From Deinococcota bacterium (lineage in GTDB: Bacteria; Deinococcota; Deinococci; Deinococcales; Thermaceae): a DNA stretch of 64,000 bases. Below are positions 28,371 through 38,031 of this stretch, in pieces. The notes below the pieces were generated by a model. It was not told where the DNA came from. It saw nothing but the letters and a program-made list of their open reading frames with translations, and did not search any database. Position 1 is the stretch's first letter. The number at the start of each line of letters is the position of its first letter. Both the position numbers and the translations under genes were made by a program. Location of the stretch: the NCBI GenBank assembly GCA_041695225.1, contig JBGFRI010000035.1, forward strand, positions 64,001-128,000, given 5' to 3'.

Positions 28371-28877
28371 TCAACGCTGGGTCGGAGGGGGTTTGTCTTT
28401 GCTGACCACCTGATCTTCGAGTTCACCGATGTAGGCGGCCAGGGTATTGCCGGCCTTTTCGATATCCTCGCGCAGCTCGTGTTCTACCCGGTCAATGCGC
28501 TCGATCACCGCTTGCAGCCTGGACTCGAGCCCTGCCTGGTTTTGGGCCTTAAGCTGCACCAGCTCTGCTTCGAGCCACTTTTTCAACTCGGAAAACCGGC
28601 TGGACTCGGCCTCGTCGGCCAGCTTACGGGTCGCAAGTAGCTCACGGGCATATTTCTTGACCTCCAGCAGTGCGGCGGTCTCGAGCCCCACCGTGTACAT
28701 GAAATAAACCGCTACTAGCAGCCCCATGATGACCAGCATCACCACGCCAAAAGGTGCGGTCACCTGAGTGAAAACCAGCGAAAGCGTTTCATACTCGCTA
28801 AAGACAGCCCAGTTCCGCCAGGCGAAAACCGCCATCACGATAATCAGAACCAACAAAAAGACATTTCGTCCCCGCAT
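28371..28877 (-). CDS. LapA/DUF1049-like membrane protein with coiled-coil tail
   Basis: Two N-terminal hydrophobic segments (FAWRNW..LSLVF..APFG) followed by a charged helical region. Confidence 0.6.
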   Translation of the reverse strand: MRGRNVFLLVLIIVMAVFAWRNWAVFSEYETLSLVFTQVTAPFGVVMLVIMGLLVAVYFMYTVGLETAALLEVKKYARELLATRKLADEAESSRFSELKKWLEAELVQLKAQNQAGLESRLQAVIERIDRVEHELREDIEKAGNTLAAYIGELEDQVVSKDKPPPTQR

Positions 28878-28994
28878 CTTTAGCCTCGAACGGGATTATA
28901 TCCTCATCCAACCAAGTACACATCAACCGTAACAGGTATTTTTGACACAGCGCAGAAATACTCAAAACAAATATGTTGTAAACAGATAATGCAC

Positions 28995-29738
28995 CTAGGC
29001 CAGGATGGGTGGTGACTGGTTAGCATCCTCGGTCAGGCGCAGGAAGAACTCTTCCAGGTTTGCGCTGCCGTGTTGATGGAGGAGATCTTTGGGGGAACCC
29101 AGGGCCAGCAGACTGCCCCGGTGCACCAGGGCTACCCGATCGGCGACCTGCTCTGCAAGGTGGAGCTGGTGGGTAGCGTACAAGACCGCTCGACCATTTC
29201 TGGAATAGCCGTGCAGCAGGTCTTTGACCAGTCGCGCCGCGTGAGGGTCGAGCCCTACCATTGGTTCATCCAGAATGAGCGCTTGCGGGGTGTGCAGTAG
29301 ACTCATGGCCAGCGAGAGCTTCTGCCGCATTCCGTGCGAATAGGTCTCGATCAGGGAAGAAGCAAAGCGATCCAGGCGAAACTGCACCAGCAACTCTTCG
29401 ATTCGGGCCTCGGCTTTTGCCGGGGGTAGCCGGTAGACCCCGGCGGCAAAGCGCAGGAGTTCGAGCCCCGAGAGTTTGCCGTACAGGTAGGGCCGGTCCG
29501 GTACATAGCCAAACTGGGCCTTGGCCCGCACGGGGTCTTTCCACACATCCACCCCGTTTACCAGCGCCCGGCCTCGGCTGGGGCGCAGCAAGCCTACCAG
29601 GGCCTTGAGGGTGGTGCTTTTTCCGGCGCCATTGGGGCCCAGCAGGGCCAGGGTCTCGCCGGGGCGAACCTCGAGACATAGCCCGTCCAGGGCCACAAAG
29701 TTACCGTACCTCTTGCTGAGGTCTTCGAGCAGGATCAT
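28995..29738 (-). CDS. ABC transporter ATP-binding protein
   Basis: GPNGAGKST, YSHGMRQK and LILDEP motifs; start trimmed to MILLEDLSKRYG because the upstream extension is repeat-derived. Confidence 0.92.
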   Translation of the reverse strand: MILLEDLSKRYGNFVALDGLCLEVRPGETLALLGPNGAGKSTTLKALVGLLRPSRGRALVNGVDVWKDPVRAKAQFGYVPDRPYLYGKLSGLELLRFAAGVYRLPPAKAEARIEELLVQFRLDRFASSLIETYSHGMRQKLSLAMSLLHTPQALILDEPMVGLDPHAARLVKDLLHGYSRNGRAVLYATHQLHLAEQVADRVALVHRGSLLALGSPKDLLHQHGSANLEEFFLRLTEDANQSPPILA

Positions 29739-29753
29739 CCCCACAATTAAAAG

Positions 29754-30122
29754 GTCGCAAGTCACAAGTCGCAGGTCGCAAGTCACAAGTCGCAGGTCGC
29801 AAGTCACAAGTCGCAGGTCGCAAGTCACAAGTCGCCAGTCGCAGGTCGCAAGTCACAAGTCGCAGGACGAAGGACGAAGGACGCACGACGAAGGTCGAGG
29901 CACAGAGCCAGACATCTGCGCTGAATGGGCGGCGAAGCAAACACCTGACGCTCAACGAGCGGCCTGACCTGCGAGATTTTATTAGCCGATAGCTAATAGC
30001 TGATAGCTTCTGACCTGCGACCCGAGACCTGCGACTAAAAAGGTCGAAGGTCAAAAGTCGAAAGTCAAAAGACCTTCGACGTTAAACCTTCGACGTTAGA
30101 CCTGGGACCCGAGACCTGCGAC
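29754..30122. repeat. Compound heptamer-repeat region (three cassettes)
   Basis: 21 forward units at 29754-29900 with a 21-bp higher-order period; 63-nt unique stretch; two more polarised cassettes at 29985-30122. Confidence 0.95.
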
Positions 30123-30132
30123 TGATTACGGG

Positions 30133-31449
30133 CTATCTGAGCTCTTGCAAGGCCCGGCGCAGGATGGCATCCCGCTCCAGGTCTACCTCGGCCTGGCCAC
30201 GTTCGGCAGGCAGGGTAACGGCGGGGCGTGGCTGACTAAAGGTAAACCGGCCTTCCTCGTCGGCCCTGGTGGCGAAGGTCTGGCCGCCGATGGTAATGGT
30301 CACGTTTTCCCCTGGCCGGGCCCCGGTGCCCTCGAAGGCTACCGGCGCTGTGAAGCGGGTATCCCTGACCTCGACATCGGGCTTGATACCCTGCTCGTTG
30401 ATGGACCGGCGCTTGGGGGTGAGCCACTCGAAGGTGACCAGGGTCAGGTCGCCGCCGTTGGCCAGGTCAATTACGCTCTGCCCAACCCCTTTGCCTAAGG
30501 AGGTCTCGCCGATTACTCTGGCCCGACCGGTGTCCTGCATGGCCCCCGCTACAATTTCCGCAGCCGAGGCCGAGTTGCGGTTGATCAGTACCACCATCGG
30601 CCCGGTCCAGGCCACCTGTCCGGTAGCACTGCAGTGGAGCCGGGTATCGGTGCGGGTGCGGGTAAAGACCAGGGGGCCTTCGCGGATAAAAGCCCGCGCC
30701 ACCTGGCAGCCCTGATCCAACAGACCCCCGCCGTTGTCGCGCAGGTCGAAGACTAGCTTTTGCACGCCACGCTGCCGCATCTCGGCCAGGGCAGCGTTAA
30801 GTTGCTCGATCACCCGTACATGGCCAAAGCTTTCCAGTGCCACATAGCCCACGTTTCCGGGCAGCATGGTGGTGGAGACCGAGACGATCTGCACCCGCTG
30901 GCGGATCATCTCGAAGCGCAAAAGAGCACCGGTTCCATCGCGGCGGATGCCGATGGTGACTCTGGTATTCTCGGGGCCACGAATTCTGGCCACAATCTCG
31001 TTGATATCGAGCCGGGTTACGTCTTCGCCGTTGACCTCGACAATCACATCGCCTGCCATGATCCCGGCGGTGAAAGCGGGCAGGCCGCGCATTACGCCCA
31101 TCACCCGCGCCCCACCTCTATTTTCGTTGGGCGCGAGGGTGGCCCCGATACCAAAAAACTCTCCGCGAATATCCTGCTCGCGCAGCTGGGCCCGCTGGGG
31201 TGGGGAGTAGCTGGTAAACCTGTCGTCAAGCGCGCCCAGCATACCCCGGATACCACCTTCCAGCACGCGGTTTAGCTGGTCGGGCTCGAGGCGGGTCAGG
31301 TACTGGGTTTGAAGGATCTGAAAAGTCTGTATGAGGGATTGCGCGGTAGGATTGCGAGCAAAAGTTTCGATGGCAGGGCCAGCCAGTTGGGCATATACCA
31401 GCGCAGCCAGAACCCCACCCGCTACGATTAACCAGGCTCTACGCTTCAT
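30133..31449 (-). CDS. S41 carboxyl-terminal processing protease (CtpA-like) with PDZ domain
   Basis: GIGA, DLRDNGGG, SASAAEI, GKGVGQ and GIKPD motifs; N-terminal membrane anchor. An alternative start is 31470. Confidence 0.92.
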   Translation of the reverse strand: MKRRAWLIVAGGVLAALVYAQLAGPAIETFARNPTAQSLIQTFQILQTQYLTRLEPDQLNRVLEGGIRGMLGALDDRFTSYSPPQRAQLREQDIRGEFFGIGATLAPNENRGGARVMGVMRGLPAFTAGIMAGDVIVEVNGEDVTRLDINEIVARIRGPENTRVTIGIRRDGTGALLRFEMIRQRVQIVSVSTTMLPGNVGYVALESFGHVRVIEQLNAALAEMRQRGVQKLVFDLRDNGGGLLDQGCQVARAFIREGPLVFTRTRTDTRLHCSATGQVAWTGPMVVLINRNSASAAEIVAGAMQDTGRARVIGETSLGKGVGQSVIDLANGGDLTLVTFEWLTPKRRSINEQGIKPDVEVRDTRFTAPVAFEGTGARPGENVTITIGGQTFATRADEEGRFTFSQPRPAVTLPAERGQAEVDLERDAILRRALQELR

Positions 31450-31522
31450 AGTATGGTCACCTAGTCCCACATTTTAGCGCCAATGGATGAGAGCCAAGTG
31501 TTCCTTAACGGACAAATAGAAT

Positions 31523-31633
31523 GTCGCAGGTCTCGGGTCTCGGGTCGCAGGTCAGAAGCTGGTCTCAGGTCGCAAGTCACAGGTCGAAGGACGAAGGTCG
31601 AAGGTCAAAAGCTATCAGTTAATAGCTATCGGC
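31523..31633. repeat. Heptamer-repeat cassette
   Basis: GTCGCAG-type forward arm with 11-nt spacer GTCAGAAGCTG; AAGCT centre; TATCAGT TAATAGC TATCGGC reverse arm. Confidence 0.9.
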
Positions 31634-31761
31634 TAAATGAGCCGGGAGGGAGATGGGCCTGGGGGTAGATGCGGAAAAGAGGGCCACCAGTAACGCTTTT
31701 GCCCTTGCTCCCTGGCCCGAAAGGCGGCGCTTCCTCGGCTCTTGTTGTACCCTGGTTAGCG

Positions 31762-32448
31762 ATGATCCACTTTCACCGGGTGACGCTGCAGTACACTCGT
31801 ACCCAGACCAAAGCGCTGTTCGACCTGAACCTCGAGGTCAAGAAAGGCGAGTTTGTATTTCTGGTGGGGCAGTCGGGGGCGGGTAAGTCTAGCCTGCTCA
31901 ACCTGATTTTGAAACGGCTCGAGCCCAGTTCGGGGGCGGTGTATTTTGCCGGAGAAAACCTCAAGGCGCTGCGTGGCGACCGTATTGCCCTGCATCGCCG
32001 CCGGATCGGGGTGGTGTTTCAGGATCACCGGCTGCTAAAGCAAATGACGGTCGAGGAGAACCTGCTTTTCACCCTGCGGGTTTTGGGTATTCCTAAAACC
32101 GAGTGGGATACCCGCGCCACCCGCGTGCTGCGCCAGGTGGGGCTGGTCCACAAAAAGCGCGCCTACCCCGAAGAACTAGCGGTAGGCGAGGCCCAGCGGG
32201 TGGCCATTGCCAGAGCCCTGGTGGGCGACCCCCAGGTACTGCTGGCCGATGAGCCTACCGGCAATCTGGACCCAACCAACGCACTGGCGGTGCTGGAAGT
32301 GTTCAAATCGGTGCACGCCAGCGGCGCTATGGTACTGGTGGCGACCCACTCCCGCGACCTGGTGGAAGCCTATCCCCAGCGGGTGGTGGTGCTCAAAGCC
32401 GGGCAGCTGGTACGAGATGAGCGGGAGGGGAAGTACAGGCTGGCGTAG
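31762..32448 (+). CDS. ftsE: Cell division ATP-binding protein FtsE
   Basis: GEFVFLVGQSGAGKS, RRRIGVVFQD.RLL, ADEPTGNLD and VATH motifs. Confidence 0.8.
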   Translation: MIHFHRVTLQYTRTQTKALFDLNLEVKKGEFVFLVGQSGAGKSSLLNLILKRLEPSSGAVYFAGENLKALRGDRIALHRRRIGVVFQDHRLLKQMTVEENLLFTLRVLGIPKTEWDTRATRVLRQVGLVHKKRAYPEELAVGEAQRVAIARALVGDPQVLLADEPTGNLDPTNALAVLEVFKSVHASGAMVLVATHSRDLVEAYPQRVVVLKAGQLVRDEREGKYRLA

Positions 32449-32514
32449 TACGGTAAATCTTCATTCCAGAAGCCAAAAGGCCCTCATAGACCTAATAGTC
32501 CATGGCCCATGGCA

Positions 32515-32537
32515 GGTAGTCAAAGACTGCCTTTTGT
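32515..32537 (+). terminator. Probable intrinsic terminator after ftsE
   Basis: GGTAGTC-AAA-GACTGCC followed by TTTTGT. Confidence 0.5.
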
Positions 32538-32540
32538 TCC

Positions 32541-32589
32541 CTTCGACTTGTGACTCGCGACCTGCGACTTGAGACGTGCGACCTGAGAC
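32541..32589. repeat. Heptamer array (reverse arm, 7 units)
   Basis: CTTCGAC TTGTGAC TCGCGAC CTGCGAC TTGAGAC GTGCGAC CTGAGAC. Confidence 0.9.
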
Positions 32590-32772
32590 GTTATTTGGAC
32601 ATTTATCCCTCACTCGGTGGTGATAGTATGGATCTACCAGGTCATAGGGGCTCTTTGAAAGCCTAGACCGCAGTTTCGGGGCACCTTAGTCCGGTGGGGG
32701 TAAGCGAAAAACACCTCCACCTCCCCAAACGCTACCTGGTAACCCATCTGGGGTGTCGATTGGAGGGCGAGA

Positions 32773-33324
32773 ATGAACGTCTACAAGCTGGTTGGTCGTC
32801 AGATCGAGATTACCGAGGCCCTCAAGAACTACCTGGACAAGAAGCTGGCCCGGCTGGACCGCCACTTCGACCACAGTGCCGAGGCTCGAGTGGTGCTCTC
32901 GATGGCCCAGGGCGCCCGGGTCGAGCGTAAGGCTAAGGCCGAGATTCAGGTGAATGTACCAGGGGGCATGGTGCGGGTGGAAGAGGCCGACCCCGACATG
33001 TACGCAGCCATAGATCGCTCAATTGACCGCCTCGAGTACCAGCTGCAGCGCTACAAGGAACGTCACTTCCAGCGCAACCGTCAGTCGGTTCCCGGGCCTG
33101 TACTGGTTGGGGCGCCACAGGCTGAGCTCGAGGAAGATACCGAGCCACGCATTGTTCGTACCAAACGCTTTGCCATGAAACCCATGACCCCAGAAGACGC
33201 ATCCTTCGAGATGGAGGCTTTGGGTCACGATTTCTTTATGTTCCGCAACTCCGAGACCGACAAGATTAACGTGATTTACCGCCGCCGCGATGGCAACTAC
33301 GGCCTGATTGAGCCTACTGCCTGA
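32773..33324 (+). CDS. hpf: Ribosome hibernation promoting factor (long HPF)
   Basis: GRQIEITEALK.Y, DMYAAID, KPMTPEDA..ME.LGHDF and YRRRDGNYGLIEP motifs. Confidence 0.95.
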   Translation: MNVYKLVGRQIEITEALKNYLDKKLARLDRHFDHSAEARVVLSMAQGARVERKAKAEIQVNVPGGMVRVEEADPDMYAAIDRSIDRLEYQLQRYKERHFQRNRQSVPGPVLVGAPQAELEEDTEPRIVRTKRFAMKPMTPEDASFEMEALGHDFFMFRNSETDKINVIYRRRDGNYGLIEPTA

Positions 33325-33420
33325 GCGGCCTGGGTCTGTGGTAACGGGTTCTCTTGCTGCGACAGGGGGCGAGTCGGACGTTTCTCTTGAAGCGATGCCC
33401 GCCTGGGCACACAAACCGCA

Positions 33421-34695
33421 TCACATCCTGCTGGGCTGACCAGTAGCCCCCAGAACCTGATGCCAGAACTCGCTCTGGGGGTCAATCTGCTTGCGCTTGC
33501 GCACGGCTAGCGCGATGGGCACGTGGGTAAAGTGCTGATTCCAGTAACCCACCATCACCTCGGTGCGGCCACTCATGCCGGCGTGTACGGCGTGCTGTCC
33601 CAGCGCCAGGCAGTACTCCGAGTCCACGGCGTTGGCCGGCACACTGCGGATGATGTAGCTGGGATCGATGTATTTGATGGTGGTTTCCAGGCCCTTTCCA
33701 CCAAAGTGACTGCCCATGGCCTCCTTCAGGAAAAGCCCAATATCTTTGAGCTTGAGGTTGCCCGAGGCATCTTTAGCCTCTTCTCCGTCTATCAGGTCCT
33801 GACCGGCGCCTTCGGCCAGGGCGATTACGGCGTGGCTGCGGGTCAGAAGGCGCTCTTCCAGGGCTGCCAGAAACCCCTCCAGACTAAAAGGAACCTCCGG
33901 AACCAGGCAGAAATTGACATCGCCGTTAGAAAGGGTGGCATGAGCGGTGATGAAGCCACTGTAACGGCCCATCAGCTTGACCAGCCCAATTCCGTTGTAG
34001 GCGCCGCGGGCCTCGGCGTGGGCGGCTTCTAAGGCCCGGGTGGCTTCCTCGACCGCAGTGGCCACGCCAAAGCTGCGCTCGATCCAGTAGATGTCGTTGT
34101 CAATGGTTTTGGGAATACCAATTACACCGATGGGCAGGCCGCGCTTTTGTAGCTCCTGGGCCAGCGCCGCCGCGCCGCGCAGGGTGCCATCTCCCCCCAC
34201 CGTAAACAGAACCCGCACCTCCAGTTTGAGCAGCTGTGCAATCATGTCGCCGATTTCCTGTGGCCCCCTCGAGGTGCCCAGCATGGTGCCGCCATCGTCG
34301 TGAATGTCTTGTACCATCTCGGGCGTCAGCAGCAGAGGTTCAATACCCCGGCTGGCTGCCAGTCCGGCATACCCATAGCGAAAACCATAGATGCGCTTCA
34401 CCCCGTAGCTATAGCTCAGGGTCATCACTACCGACCGGATCACATCGTTTAAGCCAGGGCATAACCCCCCACAGGTCACAATGCCGCAGGCGATTTCGCC
34501 AGGGTTAAAAAATATCTTGCGGCGGGGGCCGGCCAGCTCAAAGGTGGCGGGCGGATCTTGTAGCTCATCCAGCCGGGAGGCCACCAGGACCCGGCTACTT
34601 TCCTCTACGAACACACTCCGCTGGCTTTGCAGCGGACTGGGGAAATGGCCCGCGCCCAGGGTGCGAATCTGGGTATTCAGCGCATGGTTTTGCAC
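33421..34695 (-). CDS. ATP-dependent 6-phosphofructokinase of the PPi-PFK-related group X type
   Basis: IVTCGGLCPGLN, GGDGT, PKTIDND, KLMGRYSG and YIDPSY.IRS motifs; TATGAT 6 nt before GTG 34695. Confidence 0.88.
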   Translation of the reverse strand: MQNHALNTQIRTLGAGHFPSPLQSQRSVFVEESSRVLVASRLDELQDPPATFELAGPRRKIFFNPGEIACGIVTCGGLCPGLNDVIRSVVMTLSYSYGVKRIYGFRYGYAGLAASRGIEPLLLTPEMVQDIHDDGGTMLGTSRGPQEIGDMIAQLLKLEVRVLFTVGGDGTLRGAAALAQELQKRGLPIGVIGIPKTIDNDIYWIERSFGVATAVEEATRALEAAHAEARGAYNGIGLVKLMGRYSGFITAHATLSNGDVNFCLVPEVPFSLEGFLAALEERLLTRSHAVIALAEGAGQDLIDGEEAKDASGNLKLKDIGLFLKEAMGSHFGGKGLETTIKYIDPSYIIRSVPANAVDSEYCLALGQHAVHAGMSGRTEVMVGYWNQHFTHVPIALAVRKRKQIDPQSEFWHQVLGATGQPSRM

Positions 34696-34818
34696 AGGTT
34701 TATCATACCCAGCGTTTTGGAGAAAGACGCACCGGGCTTTAGGTCTCCATGCGCCAGCACATCGAACGCCTGGGGGGCCGTTTCTGGCTGGAAAGCAGCC
34801 CGGGTGCGTCCTCTGTAA

Positions 34819-34870
34819 GTCGCATGTCACATGTCGCATGTCAAAAGACCTGTGACCTGAGACCTGTGAC
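34819..34870. repeat. Heptamer-repeat cassette (hairpin type), inverse of 28185-28243
   Basis: GTCGCAT GTCACAT GTCGCAT GTC-AAAA-GAC CTGTGAC CTGAGAC CTGTGAC. Confidence 0.9.
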
Positions 34871-34917
34871 AATAAGTAGAGGGCTTGTGCCCCTGGCAAA
34901 CGTTGTAGTGTAAAGGC

Positions 34918-36126
34918 GTGCAAGAATCGTTGTGGCATCTGCTGGCTGCTACCCTGATTGGGTTTGCGGTGGGCCTCGAGCGCGAGCGGGCTAAGGTAGA
35001 GCGCCAGGGCTCGACCATTGGAGGGGTGCGCACCTTCACCCTGATTGGACTGCTGGGGGGCGTGAGCGCACTGGGGCCGGTCCCGTGGTTGCCCGCAGTG
35101 GGGCTGGCAGGAGTGGCCGGGCTGGCGATCTACTCCCTCAAAAACAGCCGCGATGCCACCAGCCAGGTAGCGGCCCTCACGGTAAATGTCCTGGGAGTGC
35201 TGGCTGGCCTGGGCCTGGTGCTGCCGGCTTTGTTTGCAGGTGCCTTGTTGCTGGCTTTTCTGGCCTTCCACGACGAGCTACATGCTTTTGCTGGCGGCAT
35301 CCAACGCAACGAGGTAGAGGCAGCGGTTTTGCTGGTCTTGCTGCTGGGGGTGGTCTATCCGCTGCTGCCAGACGCCAACTTTGGGCCATATGGGGTCTGG
35401 AACCCCCGCGAGATCTGGGTGGTAGTCATGCTGGTTGCCGGGGTCAACTTTGTGGGCTATCTGTCCCTTCGTTTATTTGGCTCCAGAGGCCTGGGCGCAG
35501 CCGCCATTCTGGGTGGACTGGTCTCGTCTACAGCGGTAACCCTCTCGATGATTGCCCAGGGGCGGGCCAACCCCAGCAAAAACCCGCTCTGGGCGAGTGG
35601 GGCTGTGCTGGCCTCGCAGATGATGCTGGGCCGAATTCTGGTCTGGAGCGCAATTATCGCCCCGGCACTGGTAGGTATCCTCTGGCTGCCGGTACTGGTA
35701 TGGCTACTGTGGGGGTTTCTGAGCGCAGCCTGGCTGGCCCGGCAGGATCAGGCGGTATCTGAAGGGGTACCGGTGCAAAACCCTTTACAATTGCAGAGCG
35801 CTTTGTTGTTTGCCGGGGTATATGCCCTGGTTATGCTGCTGACCAGAACTGGCCTCGAGGCCTTTGGCAGCGCGGGGGTTTTTGTGATCAGTGCACTTTC
35901 GGGGGTGGTAGACGTAGATGCCATCTCGCTTTCGCTGGCGCGGCTGGCCGAGAACCAGGAGCTAACCTTACAGGTGGCCGCCATCGCCATTATCATCGCC
36001 TCGCTTAGCAATACCCTGTTCAAGACGGCTCTGTCGTTTGGGGCCAGGGGCCTGGGTGTTTACGTGACCCTTGGACTGGTTCCAGGCGGAGTGCTGGCCC
36101 TGTTGGTTTTGCTGATCAACTCCTAG
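34918..36126 (+). CDS. MgtC/SapB-family membrane protein with DUF4010
   Basis: GFAVGLERE, GVRTF, GGLVSSTAVT, SGVVDVDAI and SNTLFK motifs; polytopic membrane protein. Confidence 0.85.
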   Translation: MQESLWHLLAATLIGFAVGLERERAKVERQGSTIGGVRTFTLIGLLGGVSALGPVPWLPAVGLAGVAGLAIYSLKNSRDATSQVAALTVNVLGVLAGLGLVLPALFAGALLLAFLAFHDELHAFAGGIQRNEVEAAVLLVLLLGVVYPLLPDANFGPYGVWNPREIWVVVMLVAGVNFVGYLSLRLFGSRGLGAAAILGGLVSSTAVTLSMIAQGRANPSKNPLWASGAVLASQMMLGRILVWSAIIAPALVGILWLPVLVWLLWGFLSAAWLARQDQAVSEGVPVQNPLQLQSALLFAGVYALVMLLTRTGLEAFGSAGVFVISALSGVVDVDAISLSLARLAENQELTLQVAAIAIIIASLSNTLFKTALSFGARGLGVYVTLGLVPGGVLALLVLLINS

Positions 36127-36137
36127 CGCGATTACAG

Positions 36138-37001
36138 CTAAAAATCCCTCCGCCGGAAAACCCAGACCGCTGCTACCAGCACCAGGATACTGTAGGCCGC
36201 TACCCACAGCAGATAGCCCGTGGCGAGCGGCTCGCTGCCCACGAACGGGTTGCCACGGGCGGAATCCTGCGCGCCCAACATGATCTCGGGCTGCAAAAAC
36301 ACCGAGGCCCCGCGCCAGAGCTGGTCGCTTGGCACCATATAGCTGCTAACTTCCCCCAGACGCTTTAGCATTGGGGTGTTGGTGAAAGCCCCCACGCTGG
36401 CCAGAATCCCCCCAATCCAGCCCAGACCATAGATCATGAACATCACTACCCCGGTAGTGAGGGTGGAGAACAAACTGCTGCCCAGCAAGGTTAGAGTGAG
36501 TAAGAACAGAACACTCAGCAGCATCAGGGCAATGGCTGCGAGGGGGTTTGGGGGCAGGTAGCCGGTCAGGGCATAAGAACCATAGACCAGAGCCAGCGAC
36601 AAGAGCAGCAGATAGGGGAGGGCCAGACTCAGATGCCCCAGCCACCTGCCCAGCACAAACTCCCAGCGCCGGATGGGTTTGGGCAGAATGGACTGCAAGG
36701 TGCCCGAGTCCACCTCCCCGCTAATGCTGGCAATAGTGGTGAACACACCGGTCAAACTTCCCAAAAAGTTCACAATGTACATCCCCATCAGAACCAGCAC
36801 CGCACTGGGAACCACCATCTGCTCAGGTGAAAGCTCTCGCCCCAGCTGCGCCGCCCGGCGCTCGAAGCTATCCAGCAGAAAGTTCAGACCCAGAAAATAA
36901 AAAAACAAAAAAACCAGCGTGAGCAGGATTATGGCCCACAACAGGCGCCGCCCCAGGGCCTCCTGCCAGGTGAACTGGGCTATCAGCAGCAGGTTCCTCA
37001 C
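36138..37001 (-). CDS. ABC-2-type transporter permease
   Basis: About six TM helices; EVDSGTLQSILPKPIRR and FRRRDF C-terminus; coupled to the ATPase gene. Confidence 0.88.
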   Translation of the reverse strand: MRNLLLIAQFTWQEALGRRLLWAIILLTLVFLFFYFLGLNFLLDSFERRAAQLGRELSPEQMVVPSAVLVLMGMYIVNFLGSLTGVFTTIASISGEVDSGTLQSILPKPIRRWEFVLGRWLGHLSLALPYLLLLSLALVYGSYALTGYLPPNPLAAIALMLLSVLFLLTLTLLGSSLFSTLTTGVVMFMIYGLGWIGGILASVGAFTNTPMLKRLGEVSSYMVPSDQLWRGASVFLQPEIMLGAQDSARGNPFVGSEPLATGYLLWVAAYSILVLVAAVWVFRRRDF

Positions 37002-37909
37002 GACGACTCCTTGCTCACCAGCTTCACGAACAGGTCTTCCAGGCTGATCTTGCGCGGACTAAGGGAAAAGAGGCCAGCCCCCGAGTTAACCACGGTCTGA
37101 GCCAGGATCGGCAGCACGTCCTCGCTCTCGGTCTCGAGCAACACCGTATCCGGGCCGTGGTGCAAAACCCTGGCATGGCGCCCTAGCTCCGATAGCAGCT
37201 CTGGGTTCAGTGCGCCAACCCGCAGCTCGACCTCGAGTCTCTCGCGCAACAACTCCTTCAACGCTCCGCTCCGCACCACCCGGCCCTTGTCCACAAAAGC
37301 CACCCGGTCACAGGTCAGCTCAACCTCCGAGAGCAGGTGCGAGTTGAGGAAGATGGTGGTGCCCTCAGCCTTCAGGTGCCGGATGATCTCGCGTACCTCA
37401 CGTCGTCCGATGGGGTCCAGGGCCGAGGTGGGCTCGTCCAAAAACACCACCCGGGGATGGTTCAGAAGGGCCTGGGCCAGCCCGATGCGCTGCTGCATCC
37501 CTTTGGAGTAGCCCTTGATACGTTCGTTTTCACGCCCCAGAAGCCCAACCAGCTCCAGCACCTCGGGGATGCGCCGCTGGAGGGCGCTTGCCGGCATCCC
37601 GCAGAGCTGCCCGTGAAAGCGCAGAAACTCCTTTCCGGTCATCCAGTCGTGAAAGCGAAACAGCTCGGGCAAAAATCCCAGCTGGCGCCTGGTCTCGAGG
37701 CTGCCCAGCGGTTTTCCCAGTAGAGTAGCCTGACCGGAGGTTGGATAGGTTAGCCCCAGCAGCATCTTGACGGTGGTGGTCTTGCCAGCCCCATTTGGGC
37801 CGAGGAAGCCAAAAACCTCCCCCGCCCGAACCTCCAGGCTCAGGTCTTCCACTGCGACGCGGCCGTTGAAAGCTTTTCTCAGATTCAGAGTTTGAATCGC
37901 CAGTGTCAT
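36998..37909 (-). CDS. ABC transporter ATP-binding protein
   Basis: GPNGAGKTT, YSKGMQQR, FLDEPT and NSHLL motifs. Confidence 0.93.
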   Translation of the reverse strand: MTLAIQTLNLRKAFNGRVAVEDLSLEVRAGEVFGFLGPNGAGKTTTVKMLLGLTYPTSGQATLLGKPLGSLETRRQLGFLPELFRFHDWMTGKEFLRFHGQLCGMPASALQRRIPEVLELVGLLGRENERIKGYSKGMQQRIGLAQALLNHPRVVFLDEPTSALDPIGRREVREIIRHLKAEGTTIFLNSHLLSEVELTCDRVAFVDKGRVVRSGALKELLRERLEVELRVGALNPELLSELGRHARVLHHGPDTVLLETESEDVLPILAQTVVNSGAGLFSLSPRKISLEDLFVKLVSKESS

Positions 37910-37949
37910 ACGGTAGCCGCTTCCAGTCTACCCAGCCATGGTGAGGAAG

Positions 37950-38018
37950 GTCGCAGGTCAAAAGTTAGTCGCAGGTCTCAGGTCAAAAGCTATTAGCTAT
38001 TGGCTATCAGCTATCGGC
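37950..38018. repeat. Heptamer-repeat cassette
   Basis: GTCGCAG [GTCAAAAGTTA] GTCGCAG GTCTCAG GTCAAAA GC TATTAGC TATTGGC TATCAGC TATCGGC. Confidence 0.9.
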
Positions 38019-38031
38019 TAATAGGCGGATG

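Noticed and set aside
21688..30122. Heptamer arrays as CRISPR arrays
   Set aside because: The units are 7 bp, degenerate and contiguous, with no 25-45 bp repeats, no unique spacers of constant length and no cas genes.
34696..35271. 192-aa N-terminal extension of the PFK ORF
   Set aside because: It overlaps the opposite-strand MgtC/DUF4010 gene and a repeat cassette; TATGAT supports a start at 34695.
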